58,581 nt of DNA from a virus (taxonomy: Duplodnaviria; Caudoviricetes). How positions within the stretch are numbered: position 1 is the stretch's first letter; every line of letters starts with the position of its first letter. The translations under genes and the position numbers were made by a program. The stretch covers positions 1 through 58,581 of the IMG/VR virus record IMGVR_UViG_3300025732_000046. One strand, given 5' to 3'. Below, piece after piece: positions 36,003 through 45,620 of the stretch. The notes beneath the pieces are model-generated. The model searched no databases and was not told the origin of the DNA. It saw only the letters and a program-made list of their open reading frames with translations.

Positions 36003-39000
36003 TTAACTCCTCATACTTAACATATCATATTCATAATCAGAAGAACCACCACCAGAACTTCCACCGGCAGATGAAATAGGAATAAACATAGGAGGAGACA
36101 TCATAATCTCAGATTCATCTTCTTCAAAAATTACATCAGGTTTTTGGTCAATTTTTCTTCCAGTGTATCTACTCAAATGTTCAATTAATTTTGAAGAAGA
36201 ACTTGCTCTTTGTTTTTCATTCTCAACATTATTAATTAGAGAAAAGAATTGATTCCCCCCAAACAAATCAACAGAGTCCTTATCAATAACATATTCACCT
36301 TTGTGAAGTAACCTCATACCACCAGTAAGTGTAGGACCACCATACTCTCTACCAATAGTAAGATACTTAATATATGGCATAGGATCTTTACTTCCATATG
36401 CAGAAGTTATAGTGTCGTGTGATTCAAAGTGAACGTGAGCACCAGTAGAACTTCCCGTACTTCCCACATAACCAAGAAGTTGCCCAGCAACTGTCTTTTG
36501 TCCCTTTGTAACTGACGGGGTATCTCTCATATGAGCCATTCTAAACATTTGTTTCAAAGAAGGAACCCAAATATCAACAACATTACCATATCCACCACTA
36601 AATCCAGCAAAAACAACTTCTCCAGGTGCTCTAATTGCTATTGGTTTTCCCTGAGGAGCACCAACATCAACACCTCCATGATTTCTACCCCATCTAGGTC
36701 CAAACCTAGAAGTAATAGGATAACCACTAACAGTTCCACCAGCAGTTTCTCCTGCAGGTTGAACTTGTCCACCAATATTAGTTGCATCTGGTATTTCTGG
36801 ATCACAAACACAATCAGACACATTTGTAGCAGGAGATCCTGGAGCAATTTTTGCAGTTGATGATTCTCCTTTATATTTTTTAACACTTGCCTGATATCTT
36901 CCCAAAAATCCATCAGTGGCATTATTCTTCTCTGCTCCTCCAGGAAGAGAAGTCCAAGTTCCACTCAATTTATTTGCAACTCTTAATGGATCTGATTGCA
37001 AATCCTTAATTATTCCATTAGATCCATAACCATATGCATCAACAGCAAGTTGCCAGGCAGCTCTATCTTGATTTGCTGGAGAAAAATCTTTTAATCCTAA
37101 TTTCTTAGCAAGAGGATCCCAAGTAGTAGATAAAAATTGATATCTTCCTGCAGCATTACTTGTCAATCCAGGTCTCCAAGGAATTGGTGCATCTATTCTT
37201 GGATGATCTTTATATCCATTATTAAATGTTTCTCCGGGAAACCTAGAATTATATCCTTTTGCTTCTGAACCAGCAATAGCATCCAAAAGTGCCTTTCCCT
37301 CTGGTGGTATTTCTCCAGCAAAGACCTCTCCTCCCCCACCACCCTCTGTAGGACATTCACAATCCATCTTATCTGAAGTTTTAACATTTTCAGGTTCTTT
37401 AAGACCTAATTGAATTCTTAACTGTGATTGAATTTGGTCAAATGTACCACTGAGTATTTTAGTGATCTCTCCATTGATGGCAGAAGATAATCCATCAGAT
37501 CCCAATTTCAAAACAATCTGCCTATAAATTTCTGGATTTTTATCATATATTCCTCTCATTAAAAAATTAGAAATGGAATCGGAAACAATATTATAATCTT
37601 GAGATGAAATTCTATCACCCATTACAGATTTCATAGTCATTCCCATCAAAGAACCCAAAGAATCCACATTAGATAACTTTTTTTGAGAACGAACAATAAA
37701 ATTATATTGATTCATTGTATTATTATCTGGAGTATATGGGAATACTTTTTCAATCATTTTTTCACCGCCAATAGCAGAACCTGGATTTACATCAGACAAT
37801 TCCCGTTCAAATGTTCTAGGAATTTTTACTTTGTTTTCGTCACCAACAGTTCTTGCATATCCACCACCAGCAAATTTTTTAATTACCAAACCTCCACGAT
37901 AATATCCCATATCTCTTGCTGCTTTTTCTCCATATAAAGATCCAAAAGAACCGGGAGTTTGTAACTTCTGAGAAACTCCTTTCATACCTATAAACTGAAA
38001 CAAAGGAGCAAGAATAGAAAAATGTTCTCTAATTCCATCTCTTACTCTTGCATCAAACTTTCCAAGATTTTTATTCTGTTTCTCCAATCCCTTTCGGTCA
38101 TCATTTAATTTCATTATTGCTGCCCGTATCAATTCAACACCATATCTAAATGGAGCACCTACAATATCAAACATTACTCCAGTCCCATTCAATAACCAAA
38201 TAGCAGGACCAAGAGTTTTAGATAACCATCCAAAAAATCCTCTCTTCAAAAATCTAGTAATTGGATTCTTGTCCTGAGATGCTTCTGCAAATTTTCCAGT
38301 TGTCCACGATTCAAGTTGCTTTCCAAATCTTTTAATCTGAAATGCACCTTCACCTAAAGCAGAAGATAGCAATCCAACACCAAGAATAATTCCAGTAGCA
38401 CCTAAAGGACCAATAGCAGATCTAACTCCCTGCTTTGCTGCCTCCTGCGTTGCCCTTTTTATCCCTTCCTGCTTTATTGTTTCTTCAATAATTTCTTCAC
38501 CAGCATCTATTGCTCCCCTTGCTGCAGGACCAACAGTACCAACTCCGCCAAAATCAGTAAACAACATTCCAGCAATCAAAATTGAATTCAATAAAGAATT
38601 CGTTTGATTATTCATACTATCAAGAGCATCAATTGCCTTCTGCCCGCCAATACTCTTTACCAATTTCTTAGCATTGTCCGCTGCTTGATAACCCTTATCA
38701 ACAAAAGTGACAAGTCCATTTAAAAGTTTTCCACTCATATCAAGTATAAAATCACTAACCTTTAACAATAAAGGGAGTAATCTTAGTAATTGGGGGAGGT
38801 ATTTTAAAAGACGAATGCCAATGAATCCAAGTAAAGTACTTGTAATAAATTGCTTTAAAGAATCAAGAAAACTCATTCTTTTACCTATGGATTTTATAGG
38901 TCTTCCAAGAAATCCAAGAGTTCTTTCCAATACGGATTCATAATTAATTCTTGATTCTCTTTCAGAATTTTTTCTTCGCGTTTCACTATTCTTCTTCTGA

Positions 39001-39098
39001 AGAATTAAAGAAGATTTAATTAACTTCTCTTTAGAAATAAATTGTTTCTTAAGAGAAACAAAACTACCTGTTAAAGGAGAAGTTATTTTTGCCATCAC
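36003..39098 (-). CDS. Hub/tape-measure-like protein with lambda-type lysozyme and M23 peptidase domains
   Basis: 1031 aa; ALLDAIAGSE...AAGRYQFLSTTW...DFSPANQD; HGGVD...GYGN...HMR...HVHFE. Confidence 0.8.
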   Translation of the reverse strand: MMAKITSPLTGSFVSLKKQFISKEKLIKSSLILQKKNSETRRKNSERESRINYESVLERTLGFLGRPIKSIGKRMSFLDSLKQFITSTLLGFIGIRLLKYLPQLLRLLPLLLKVSDFILDMSGKLLNGLVTFVDKGYQAADNAKKLVKSIGGQKAIDALDSMNNQTNSLLNSILIAGMLFTDFGGVGTVGPAARGAIDAGEEIIEETIKQEGIKRATQEAAKQGVRSAIGPLGATGIILGVGLLSSALGEGAFQIKRFGKQLESWTTGKFAEASQDKNPITRFLKRGFFGWLSKTLGPAIWLLNGTGVMFDIVGAPFRYGVELIRAAIMKLNDDRKGLEKQNKNLGKFDARVRDGIREHFSILAPLFQFIGMKGVSQKLQTPGSFGSLYGEKAARDMGYYRGGLVIKKFAGGGYARTVGDENKVKIPRTFERELSDVNPGSAIGGEKMIEKVFPYTPDNNTMNQYNFIVRSQKKLSNVDSLGSLMGMTMKSVMGDRISSQDYNIVSDSISNFLMRGIYDKNPEIYRQIVLKLGSDGLSSAINGEITKILSGTFDQIQSQLRIQLGLKEPENVKTSDKMDCECPTEGGGGGEVFAGEIPPEGKALLDAIAGSEAKGYNSRFPGETFNNGYKDHPRIDAPIPWRPGLTSNAAGRYQFLSTTWDPLAKKLGLKDFSPANQDRAAWQLAVDAYGYGSNGIIKDLQSDPLRVANKLSGTWTSLPGGAEKNNATDGFLGRYQASVKKYKGESSTAKIAPGSPATNVSDCVCDPEIPDATNIGGQVQPAGETAGGTVSGYPITSRFGPRWGRNHGGVDVGAPQGKPIAIRAPGEVVFAGFSGGYGNVVDIWVPSLKQMFRMAHMRDTPSVTKGQKTVAGQLLGYVGSTGSSTGAHVHFESHDTITSAYGSKDPMPYIKYLTIGREYGGPTLTGGMRLLHKGEYVIDKDSVDLFGGNQFFSLINNVENEKQRASSSSKLIEHLSRYTGRKIDQKPDVIFEEDESEIMMSPPMFIPISSAGGSSGGGSSDYEYDMLSMRS

Positions 39099-41461
39099 TT
39101 AATACCGTAGATCTTTGCATTCTTCTTATTTCCACCAGAAGATGCTGGGAACTTTGGAACCGATGGTTTTCCACCACCCCTTCCTCCACCCATTCCTCCA
39201 CCAGCAACTTGTGGTTTTGCTTTTACAACTTTGGGTGCTGGTTTTGGCGTTGGAGTTATTGGTTTTCTATTAGGAGATGATTTTGCTAATCGTGCTTGTC
39301 TTGCTTTTTGTGCGGCAGCATAATCTTTATAATACTTACCATCAGAAGAGGAATAATATCTACCGATAGAAGCAGCACCTGCCTGCTTTGTTCTTGATTC
39401 TGATGCTTTATCTTGTGCTGCAACTCGTGCTTTATCTTTTTCACTCCCAAACATTCTCGTAAGTCCTCTACCTATTCCACCAAGCATTCCACCACGACCA
39501 GCAAACTCTGCTTTTCCTGAAGCACTTTCTGTTTCAAATCTTCTTCCCTTTCCACTACCCTCGCCACTTAATCTTTGCAATCTTTCTTTTGAAGATAACT
39601 TAGATAAACTTGCCTCTTTAGATTTGGTATTTGCTCTATAATAATCTGAAGATTTTATTCCAGCAAATCCACCGATTTTTATTCCAGCAAATCCACCGAT
39701 TCCCTTTGCCTTTTCAAAAGCAGCATCACGAGCACCAGGAAACTTAGATTGATATGGAGTATATTTCATTTCAGTTAGGTTTGATACATTTGACTGCTTT
39801 GCCAAATAATCTTTTTTAAATTTTTCATAATTATAAGTTTCATCAAATGCTGCCTTTTGATATAATGGATTTGTCGGATCACTAAATGCTTTATTCCACT
39901 CTTTTCTTATTGCATCATCGGCAGATCTTCTCTGCTTCCCCTGCTGCATAATTCTATTTCTCTGAGCAGCATCTTCTGCGATTCTTCTTTGTTGATCTGC
40001 CGTTAATCTTCCACTTCCAACTCCAGTAAGAGCATTAATAGAACCAACAATACCCTTTGCAGAAGATTTTGCTGCACTTGTTATTTCTGAGGGATTTGTA
40101 ATACCAGTCCCTTTAAATTTAGATGGATTTATTCCAATAGGAATAGTTAATCCATTAATCGTCGTTGTTTTTGTTCCCCTTCCCGCTTGTGCTTTGAGTT
40201 CTCTAGTTAAAGCAGTTTCAGTACGAACAGGTTTTTTATTTCTTTTTGCCTCTGCTGCAGCATCCTCAGAAGCATATTGTGCTTTTCTTCTTGCACTCTC
40301 TTTGTCATAAGAACCAGCACCGTGCTTAGCATCGTACTTTGCTCTTAACTCATCAACCCCACCAATAAGTCCACCTCCAGCAGCGTGAGGAACTCCGCGT
40401 ATAATTTTGGGTTGATTAGTTCCACCCCCAGCAGCGTTCATTGCCTCCAGAGTATTCACACCAAACTTTTGAACTGCCCCGCGAGACATTACAAACTCAC
40501 CATCAGTAAGCATCGCAGGAACCTTATCAATTCCCTTTGGTCCAGATACTACACCATTCATTCCTTGCATTAAACTTGCAAGTCCACCAGAACCAAAGAA
40601 TGCAGTAAATGGACTGACCTTAGAACTTAATCCTGATGTTGCATTAGTAAATAAGTCCTTAATACCTGCAAATCCACCACCAAAAGCACCCATAGCAGGA
40701 GTTGCAGGTGCTTCGGGAACATCAAGTTGTGGTGCTTCTCCACCACCCATCATATTATTAACTGCTATTCCAGTTCCTATAGTAGCAGCTGCAGCAATTC
40801 CACCCCTGAGAGCAAATCCTTTTAATCCTCCAAGTTTTCCACCACCAGCAAATACCGATGCAATTCCTTTCTTCTTTAATATCTGACCCGTTAAAATTGC
40901 CTTTGTTAATCGGGCAGCAATTACAACAAGACGGGCAGTTACTCCTATAGCAACTCCCGCAACCTTTCTTACAATTCTACCAAATCCAGTTCCAAATAAA
41001 ATATAACCAGCGACTAATGAAGGCCACCAATCCTGCAAAAACCGCATAATAGAGCGGACTTTGCTTCGGTTATTTTCATCAGCAAACCAATTCAATAATA
41101 ATATTAGAGCGCGACCAAGAAATATAGTTACAAAAAACTGTATAATTTGATCTAAGATACTTTTAACTGGGGCAACAACTGCCGTTGCTACATTTTTAAC
41201 GGTAGCAAAAGATCTCTCTAAATTTAATTCTATTCCCTTTCTTCTACTTCTTTCTTGTTCCTGTCTGGTTTGATCAGCATCTCTCACAGTTTGCTTATTT
41301 TGCTGTGAGAGAAGTTGTATAATATTTGTTAACGATTTTGATATATCTTTTAGAACAGCAGTATCGGCAGGAGAAGCAACAAGTTGTTGCTGAGGAGCAA
41401 CCGCAGCGGACTGTACTGTAGATGTTCTACCCATCAGCCTTTGTGCGTTTACTGGTGCCAT
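39095..41461 (-). CDS. Tape-measure/baseplate hub protein (gp29-like)
   Basis: 788 aa; helical/TM-like N-half; VSGPKGIDKVPAMLTDGEFVMSRGAV motif; follows gp26-gp51. Confidence 0.65.
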   Translation of the reverse strand: MAPVNAQRLMGRTSTVQSAAVAPQQQLVASPADTAVLKDISKSLTNIIQLLSQQNKQTVRDADQTRQEQERSRRKGIELNLERSFATVKNVATAVVAPVKSILDQIIQFFVTIFLGRALILLLNWFADENNRSKVRSIMRFLQDWWPSLVAGYILFGTGFGRIVRKVAGVAIGVTARLVVIAARLTKAILTGQILKKKGIASVFAGGGKLGGLKGFALRGGIAAAATIGTGIAVNNMMGGGEAPQLDVPEAPATPAMGAFGGGFAGIKDLFTNATSGLSSKVSPFTAFFGSGGLASLMQGMNGVVSGPKGIDKVPAMLTDGEFVMSRGAVQKFGVNTLEAMNAAGGGTNQPKIIRGVPHAAGGGLIGGVDELRAKYDAKHGAGSYDKESARRKAQYASEDAAAEAKRNKKPVRTETALTRELKAQAGRGTKTTTINGLTIPIGINPSKFKGTGITNPSEITSAAKSSAKGIVGSINALTGVGSGRLTADQQRRIAEDAAQRNRIMQQGKQRRSADDAIRKEWNKAFSDPTNPLYQKAAFDETYNYEKFKKDYLAKQSNVSNLTEMKYTPYQSKFPGARDAAFEKAKGIGGFAGIKIGGFAGIKSSDYYRANTKSKEASLSKLSSKERLQRLSGEGSGKGRRFETESASGKAEFAGRGGMLGGIGRGLTRMFGSEKDKARVAAQDKASESRTKQAGAASIGRYYSSSDGKYYKDYAAAQKARQARLAKSSPNRKPITPTPKPAPKVVKAKPQVAGGGMGGGRGGGKPSVPKFPASSGGNKKNAKIYGIK

Positions 41462-41471
41462 ACGAACCTAC

Positions 41472-41654
41472 TTACATATGTGAACTTTGTTGTTGCTGTT
41501 TCGCTCTTTCCTCTTCAAGATGTTGCTCTAAAAGACCAACATAGATATCTCTTTCCCAAGGAATCATATTTTCAACTTCCCATAATGAATATTTATGGTA
41601 CTGTATCAAAGCAAAAGTTAACCTAAAGTAATTTTCAAGGTCCATATGGACCAT
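41472..41654 (-). CDS. gp51: Baseplate hub assembly catalyst
   Basis: LENYFRLTFALIQYHKYSLWEVENMIPWERDIYV. Confidence 0.85.
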   Translation of the reverse strand: MVHMDLENYFRLTFALIQYHKYSLWEVENMIPWERDIYVGLLEQHLEEERAKQQQQSSHM

Positions 41655-41656
41655 TG

Positions 41657-42376
41657 CTACGCGAAAAAAGATGCTAACCCTTCAAGAACAACTTCACTTT
41701 CTACTCCAGTTTTTGGATTCTTAATCTGAAGTTTATGAGAAAGTTTTGGCATTGTTTCAAAAAACTTCTCAATTTCTTTAAATTGAGAAGAATTCATTTG
41801 ATCTAAAAATTCAGTGAGTTCTTTTTTGGTAACATCTGCTGCTGCCCATACTTCATCCTCAGTAAAAATCTTATCAATACAAGATGCAATCAGATCAAAA
41901 GATTGCTCCATAGCATTTTCATTTTTAAAATCAAAATTGGTCTTAATGAATTGATCCAACGATGGATACTTCATTTCCATCATAATAGTACTATCAACCT
42001 TTATTCTATTTGTATGCTCTTCACTTTTCTGAACTTTAATATCATCTAAATTGATAGAAACGGTGACATTTGTTTCATTATCGTCCGGACAAATAATATT
42101 AACTTCTACTTCTTCTCCAACAGATTTACCACGAATATTTAAAAACAAATACTCAATATCAAACGTAGGTAAAGTTTCTACCTTAACATCTTTTGTCAGG
42201 ATGCAATTTTTAATGACTGTTTTAATAGCATTAGTAATCTGCTTATTATCTTCACTCTCTAAAGCAATTACTAATAACTTCTCCTCTTTTACAAGAAATG
42301 GTCTATAACGAATATTTTTTCCAGTTGATGGCAATTCCAACTCATATGTTGGTGTAGAAATCTTAGGTAAAGGCAT
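41657..42376 (-). CDS. gp26: Baseplate hub subunit
   Basis: MPLPKISTPTYELELPSTGKNIRYRPFLVKEEK...LEGLASFF. Confidence 0.9.
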   Translation of the reverse strand: MPLPKISTPTYELELPSTGKNIRYRPFLVKEEKLLVIALESEDNKQITNAIKTVIKNCILTKDVKVETLPTFDIEYLFLNIRGKSVGEEVEVNIICPDDNETNVTVSINLDDIKVQKSEEHTNRIKVDSTIMMEMKYPSLDQFIKTNFDFKNENAMEQSFDLIASCIDKIFTEDEVWAAADVTKKELTEFLDQMNSSQFKEIEKFFETMPKLSHKLQIKNPKTGVESEVVLEGLASFFA

Positions 42377-42409
42377 AATGTCCTATAGAAACTTCAGTGT
42401 GATTATTTA

Positions 42410-43321
42410 TTATCCATTTGTAGCAAGAGCTCTTTCTTGAGATAATGCAGTATTAATATCAGATTGTGTGACGGAATTTCCAGATGCATTAGCAGCAGAA
42501 GTAGGAACACCTCCAATATTAAATCCATTAATCGGAGTTGATAAAGCACCAGTACCTTGAAGATCTGGTGGAGAAGTACCACTAACTTCAAATTGAGGGT
42601 TGTTAAATGTTGCTTGATTAACCGGATTTGATGGATCTCCAGAAACAGAAGATGTTCCACTCGTAGCATCTGGATGCGGAGGATCTGTGGAAGGTGGATT
42701 TAACACATATCTAAGATAAGTAAATGAAACCGTACACTTCAATAGAGAAGATGATTCATAAGAAATAGGCATAGATGCTACAGAAATTGGAAATGCATTA
42801 ATAAAATCATAAACTAATGAGGTACTAGAATAATCCCTCTCAAATTTTGTAATCTGCAATCCTTGTTTAGAAACATAAAGGTCGGGATAATTAAGCCTAT
42901 AAAAATAATTAGGTGATTTAGATCCAGGTCTTGAACCAGAATCTGAAATACTTTCTCCAACAATATATTTTATCCAGGTTTCAAAATATCTAATAGCAAG
43001 ATAGTTCTGAGCGTCAACATAAAAAGTTAAATCAATTCTATCATCATATATTCTTCTATTTGCAAATCTTTGAGTTGCTCCGTGATAATCACCAGTAATA
43101 TCCATCGTACCCAAATTAGATCCGGGTAAAGTTGCTTCGGAACAAAGTAAGTTTAAAGTTTCTTGATTTATATTTGCAAACTGCTGAAGACCATTTGCTT
43201 CCAGATAAGAAGGATTGTTTGAAAACCCTTCAGGAATTGGTATTTTAACTTCAAAATGAGAAGTTAATGCAGGACGAGTTAACTTAGATTTAAAATCGTC
43301 TAATGTCCTTTTGGTAGGCAT
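42410..43321 (-). CDS. Tail tube initiator-like protein (gp54/gp19 family)
   Basis: LLCSEATLPG; RIYDDRIDLTFYVD; AFPISV...LKCTVSFTY. Confidence 0.7.
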   Translation of the reverse strand: MPTKRTLDDFKSKLTRPALTSHFEVKIPIPEGFSNNPSYLEANGLQQFANINQETLNLLCSEATLPGSNLGTMDITGDYHGATQRFANRRIYDDRIDLTFYVDAQNYLAIRYFETWIKYIVGESISDSGSRPGSKSPNYFYRLNYPDLYVSKQGLQITKFERDYSSTSLVYDFINAFPISVASMPISYESSSLLKCTVSFTYLRYVLNPPSTDPPHPDATSGTSSVSGDPSNPVNQATFNNPQFEVSGTSPPDLQGTGALSTPINGFNIGGVPTSAANASGNSVTQSDINTALSQERALATNG

Positions 43322-43322
43322 T

Positions 43323-43330
43323 TATAAATA
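43323..43330 (+). promoter_or_regulatory. T4-type late promoter
   Basis: TATAAATA upstream of gp4 in the divergent intergenic region. Confidence 0.7.
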
Positions 43331-43363
43331 CTTTTTGACCTTATATATTATGTAGTTAGGATA

Positions 43364-43807
43364 ATGGCAGAAAGTATTAAAAGTATCTACAAACCATCTT
43401 ATCCAGAAAAATATCAAGGTGACGCAAACAATATCATCTGCAGAAGCAGTTGGGAAAGACGCTTTTGTTATTGGTGCGATCATAACCCAAGTATTATATC
43501 TTGGGCATCGGAAGAATTTTGCATCGGTTATGTATCTCCAGTAGACAATAGAGTTCACAGATACTTTCCAGATTACCTAATCAAAGTAAAAGAACAATCA
43601 GGTAAAATAAAAACCTATGTGATTGAAGTGAAACCAAAAAAGCAAACTCTTCCACCAAAACAAAAGTCAAGAGTAACTAAATCATATCTACATGAATGTA
43701 GAACTTATGCAGTTAATCAAGCAAAATGGAAAGCAGCAAAAGAATGGTGTGAAGACAGGATGTTAGAATTTAAGGTCATTACAGAAGAAGAATTAGGTAT
43801 TAAGTAA
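43364..43807 (+). CDS. gp4: Head completion nuclease
   Basis: KYQGDANNIICRSSWERRFC...WASEE...HRYFPD...IEVKP...NQAKWKAA. Confidence 0.92.
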   Translation: MAESIKSIYKPSYPEKYQGDANNIICRSSWERRFCYWCDHNPSIISWASEEFCIGYVSPVDNRVHRYFPDYLIKVKEQSGKIKTYVIEVKPKKQTLPPKQKSRVTKSYLHECRTYAVNQAKWKAAKEWCEDRMLEFKVITEEELGIK

Positions 43808-44202
43808 TGGCAGAAGGTTTTGGGAAATATGTAGAAAAAACATCTACCACTCAGAGGATGAGAGACCTTCTCAAGAGAATTGATACAACTCAAACGTCAG
43901 ATCCAGAAGATCTGATGTTAATGATTATTGATTCTTTAAAAGAAGAAGTATTATATCCTGAACCTGGGAAATTTTATACATTCATTTATAATCCCAAGAC
44001 ACCCGATATTGAATATGACCAGCATCCATTGATTGCTTGCACCGAACTTTATAGTTGGGGATTTAAGGCAATCAACTTTCACTGGAGAAAATCAAGACAA
44101 TATACTTGGGAAGAGATAGCAGGTAAACTTCACGTTATCAAATACAATGAATTAGACGAAATGCTTTCTATACCATATGCAAAATTCCGTCTAAATAAAT
44201 AA
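43807..44202 (+). CDS. gp2: DNA end protector-like protein
   Basis: PGKFYTFIYNPKT...YDQHPLI...GFKAINFHW; follows gp4. Confidence 0.7.
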   Translation: MAEGFGKYVEKTSTTQRMRDLLKRIDTTQTSDPEDLMLMIIDSLKEEVLYPEPGKFYTFIYNPKTPDIEYDQHPLIACTELYSWGFKAINFHWRKSRQYTWEEIAGKLHVIKYNELDEMLSIPYAKFRLNK

Positions 44203-44278
44203 AACCCTTCTCATCAATGTCTCATACTCTACAAAAAATTGAGATGACTAATCCTATTATGATTAGGGGAGAGTTCTG

Positions 44279-45619
44279 ATGGCAACAACTGCTAAAAGTG
44301 GAATTAATAAAGTAGGAAATAGTCATTATCAATCACTAACAACAAGTAATGACGATGGAAGTGTAGGAACTACACTTTATAGAGTTAATGCTGACGGAAC
44401 TGGTGGTGTCCCGATTTATGAGGTAGATAAACCTGCAGGATCTGGAGAATTAGTAAAATCTTTTGATACTAATGCATCACCAGAAGAAAAAAAACTTCTT
44501 TCAGATCCAAACTCACAATTAAGTCAAGTTAGATCTCAACAAATTAAATCATCAAATCCATTCGGTGATAATCCAACAGCAGAACAAACGTCAACATTAA
44601 ATGCTGCAGCAGGAAAATCAAATCAAGCATCAGCAAATAATAATACAAATACTAATGATGATAGCAAACCGGCAACTGATGAGCAAAAAAAGACAGCACA
44701 AGAAGAAAATGATTCTTTCAGAGAAGGTACAAGAAAAGAATACGGAAACGCAAAATATCCATTAGATTTATCGTCCGACCATCAAGATTGCATTAAATTT
44801 ACAATCTTAGAGTATAAACCATCTCTTGCTCAAGGAAAAGCGTCAGAAAATGGAAGAATCGTTACTGTAGATTCGGCAGGAAATCCTACCATTCAGGGTG
44901 CAGGAAAAATATCTTTAGGAACTATAACCTTACCGATTCCATCAGGGATTAATGATAGTAACTCTGTTGGTTGGCAACAAAATGAACTAAATGATTTACA
45001 AAAAGCAGCAGGACAATTTGCTCAAAATTATGCACTTGGTGGAGCAGAAGGTGCTAAAAGTGCAATAGAAAATACAGCAGAAAAAGCAAACCAAGGAATC
45101 CAATCTGGAGATTTGCAGACAGGGATATCTGGTCTGATTGCAAATGTTGCAGCAAATAATAATATGATTAAACAAAGAACCCTTGGTTCTATGTTTAATA
45201 ATAACCTTGAATTATTATTCAGTGGTCCAGGACTAAGATCTTTCTCATTTACATTTAAATTATCACCAAGAAATGGCGGAGAGGCAAAAGAGATTATGAA
45301 AATAATTCGCTTCTTTAAACAGGCAATGTCAGTAAAAAGAAGTAGTAGTTCTTTATTATTAAAGACACCAAGAACCTTTGCAATTTCCTATCTGACATCA
45401 AATAAACAACACCCATACTTAAATAAATTTAAAGAGTGTGCATTAACTGCATTTAATGTTGACTACACTCCAGAAGGTCAGTATATGACTTATATGAGTT
45501 CAAATATTAATGAACGTTCTATGATTTCTTATGTAATCTCTATGACTTTCCAAGAACTTGAACCAGTATTTGATGATGAATATGGATCAGAAACAACTAT
45601 AACAAACGTAGGTTACTAA
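44279..45619 (+). CDS. gp48: Baseplate tail tube cap
   Basis: YPLD...IKFTI; ITLPIP; NNLELLFSGPGLRSFSFTFKLSPRN; MTFQELEP. Confidence 0.88.
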   Translation: MATTAKSGINKVGNSHYQSLTTSNDDGSVGTTLYRVNADGTGGVPIYEVDKPAGSGELVKSFDTNASPEEKKLLSDPNSQLSQVRSQQIKSSNPFGDNPTAEQTSTLNAAAGKSNQASANNNTNTNDDSKPATDEQKKTAQEENDSFREGTRKEYGNAKYPLDLSSDHQDCIKFTILEYKPSLAQGKASENGRIVTVDSAGNPTIQGAGKISLGTITLPIPSGINDSNSVGWQQNELNDLQKAAGQFAQNYALGGAEGAKSAIENTAEKANQGIQSGDLQTGISGLIANVAANNNMIKQRTLGSMFNNNLELLFSGPGLRSFSFTFKLSPRNGGEAKEIMKIIRFFKQAMSVKRSSSSLLLKTPRTFAISYLTSNKQHPYLNKFKECALTAFNVDYTPEGQYMTYMSSNINERSMISYVISMTFQELEPVFDDEYGSETTITNVGY

Positions 45620-45620
45620 A

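Noticed and set aside
39653-39700. 24-bp tandem duplication (GGFAGIK twice) in the tape-measure-like gene
   Set aside because: Real but a small in-frame slippage in a low-complexity region; no sign of function
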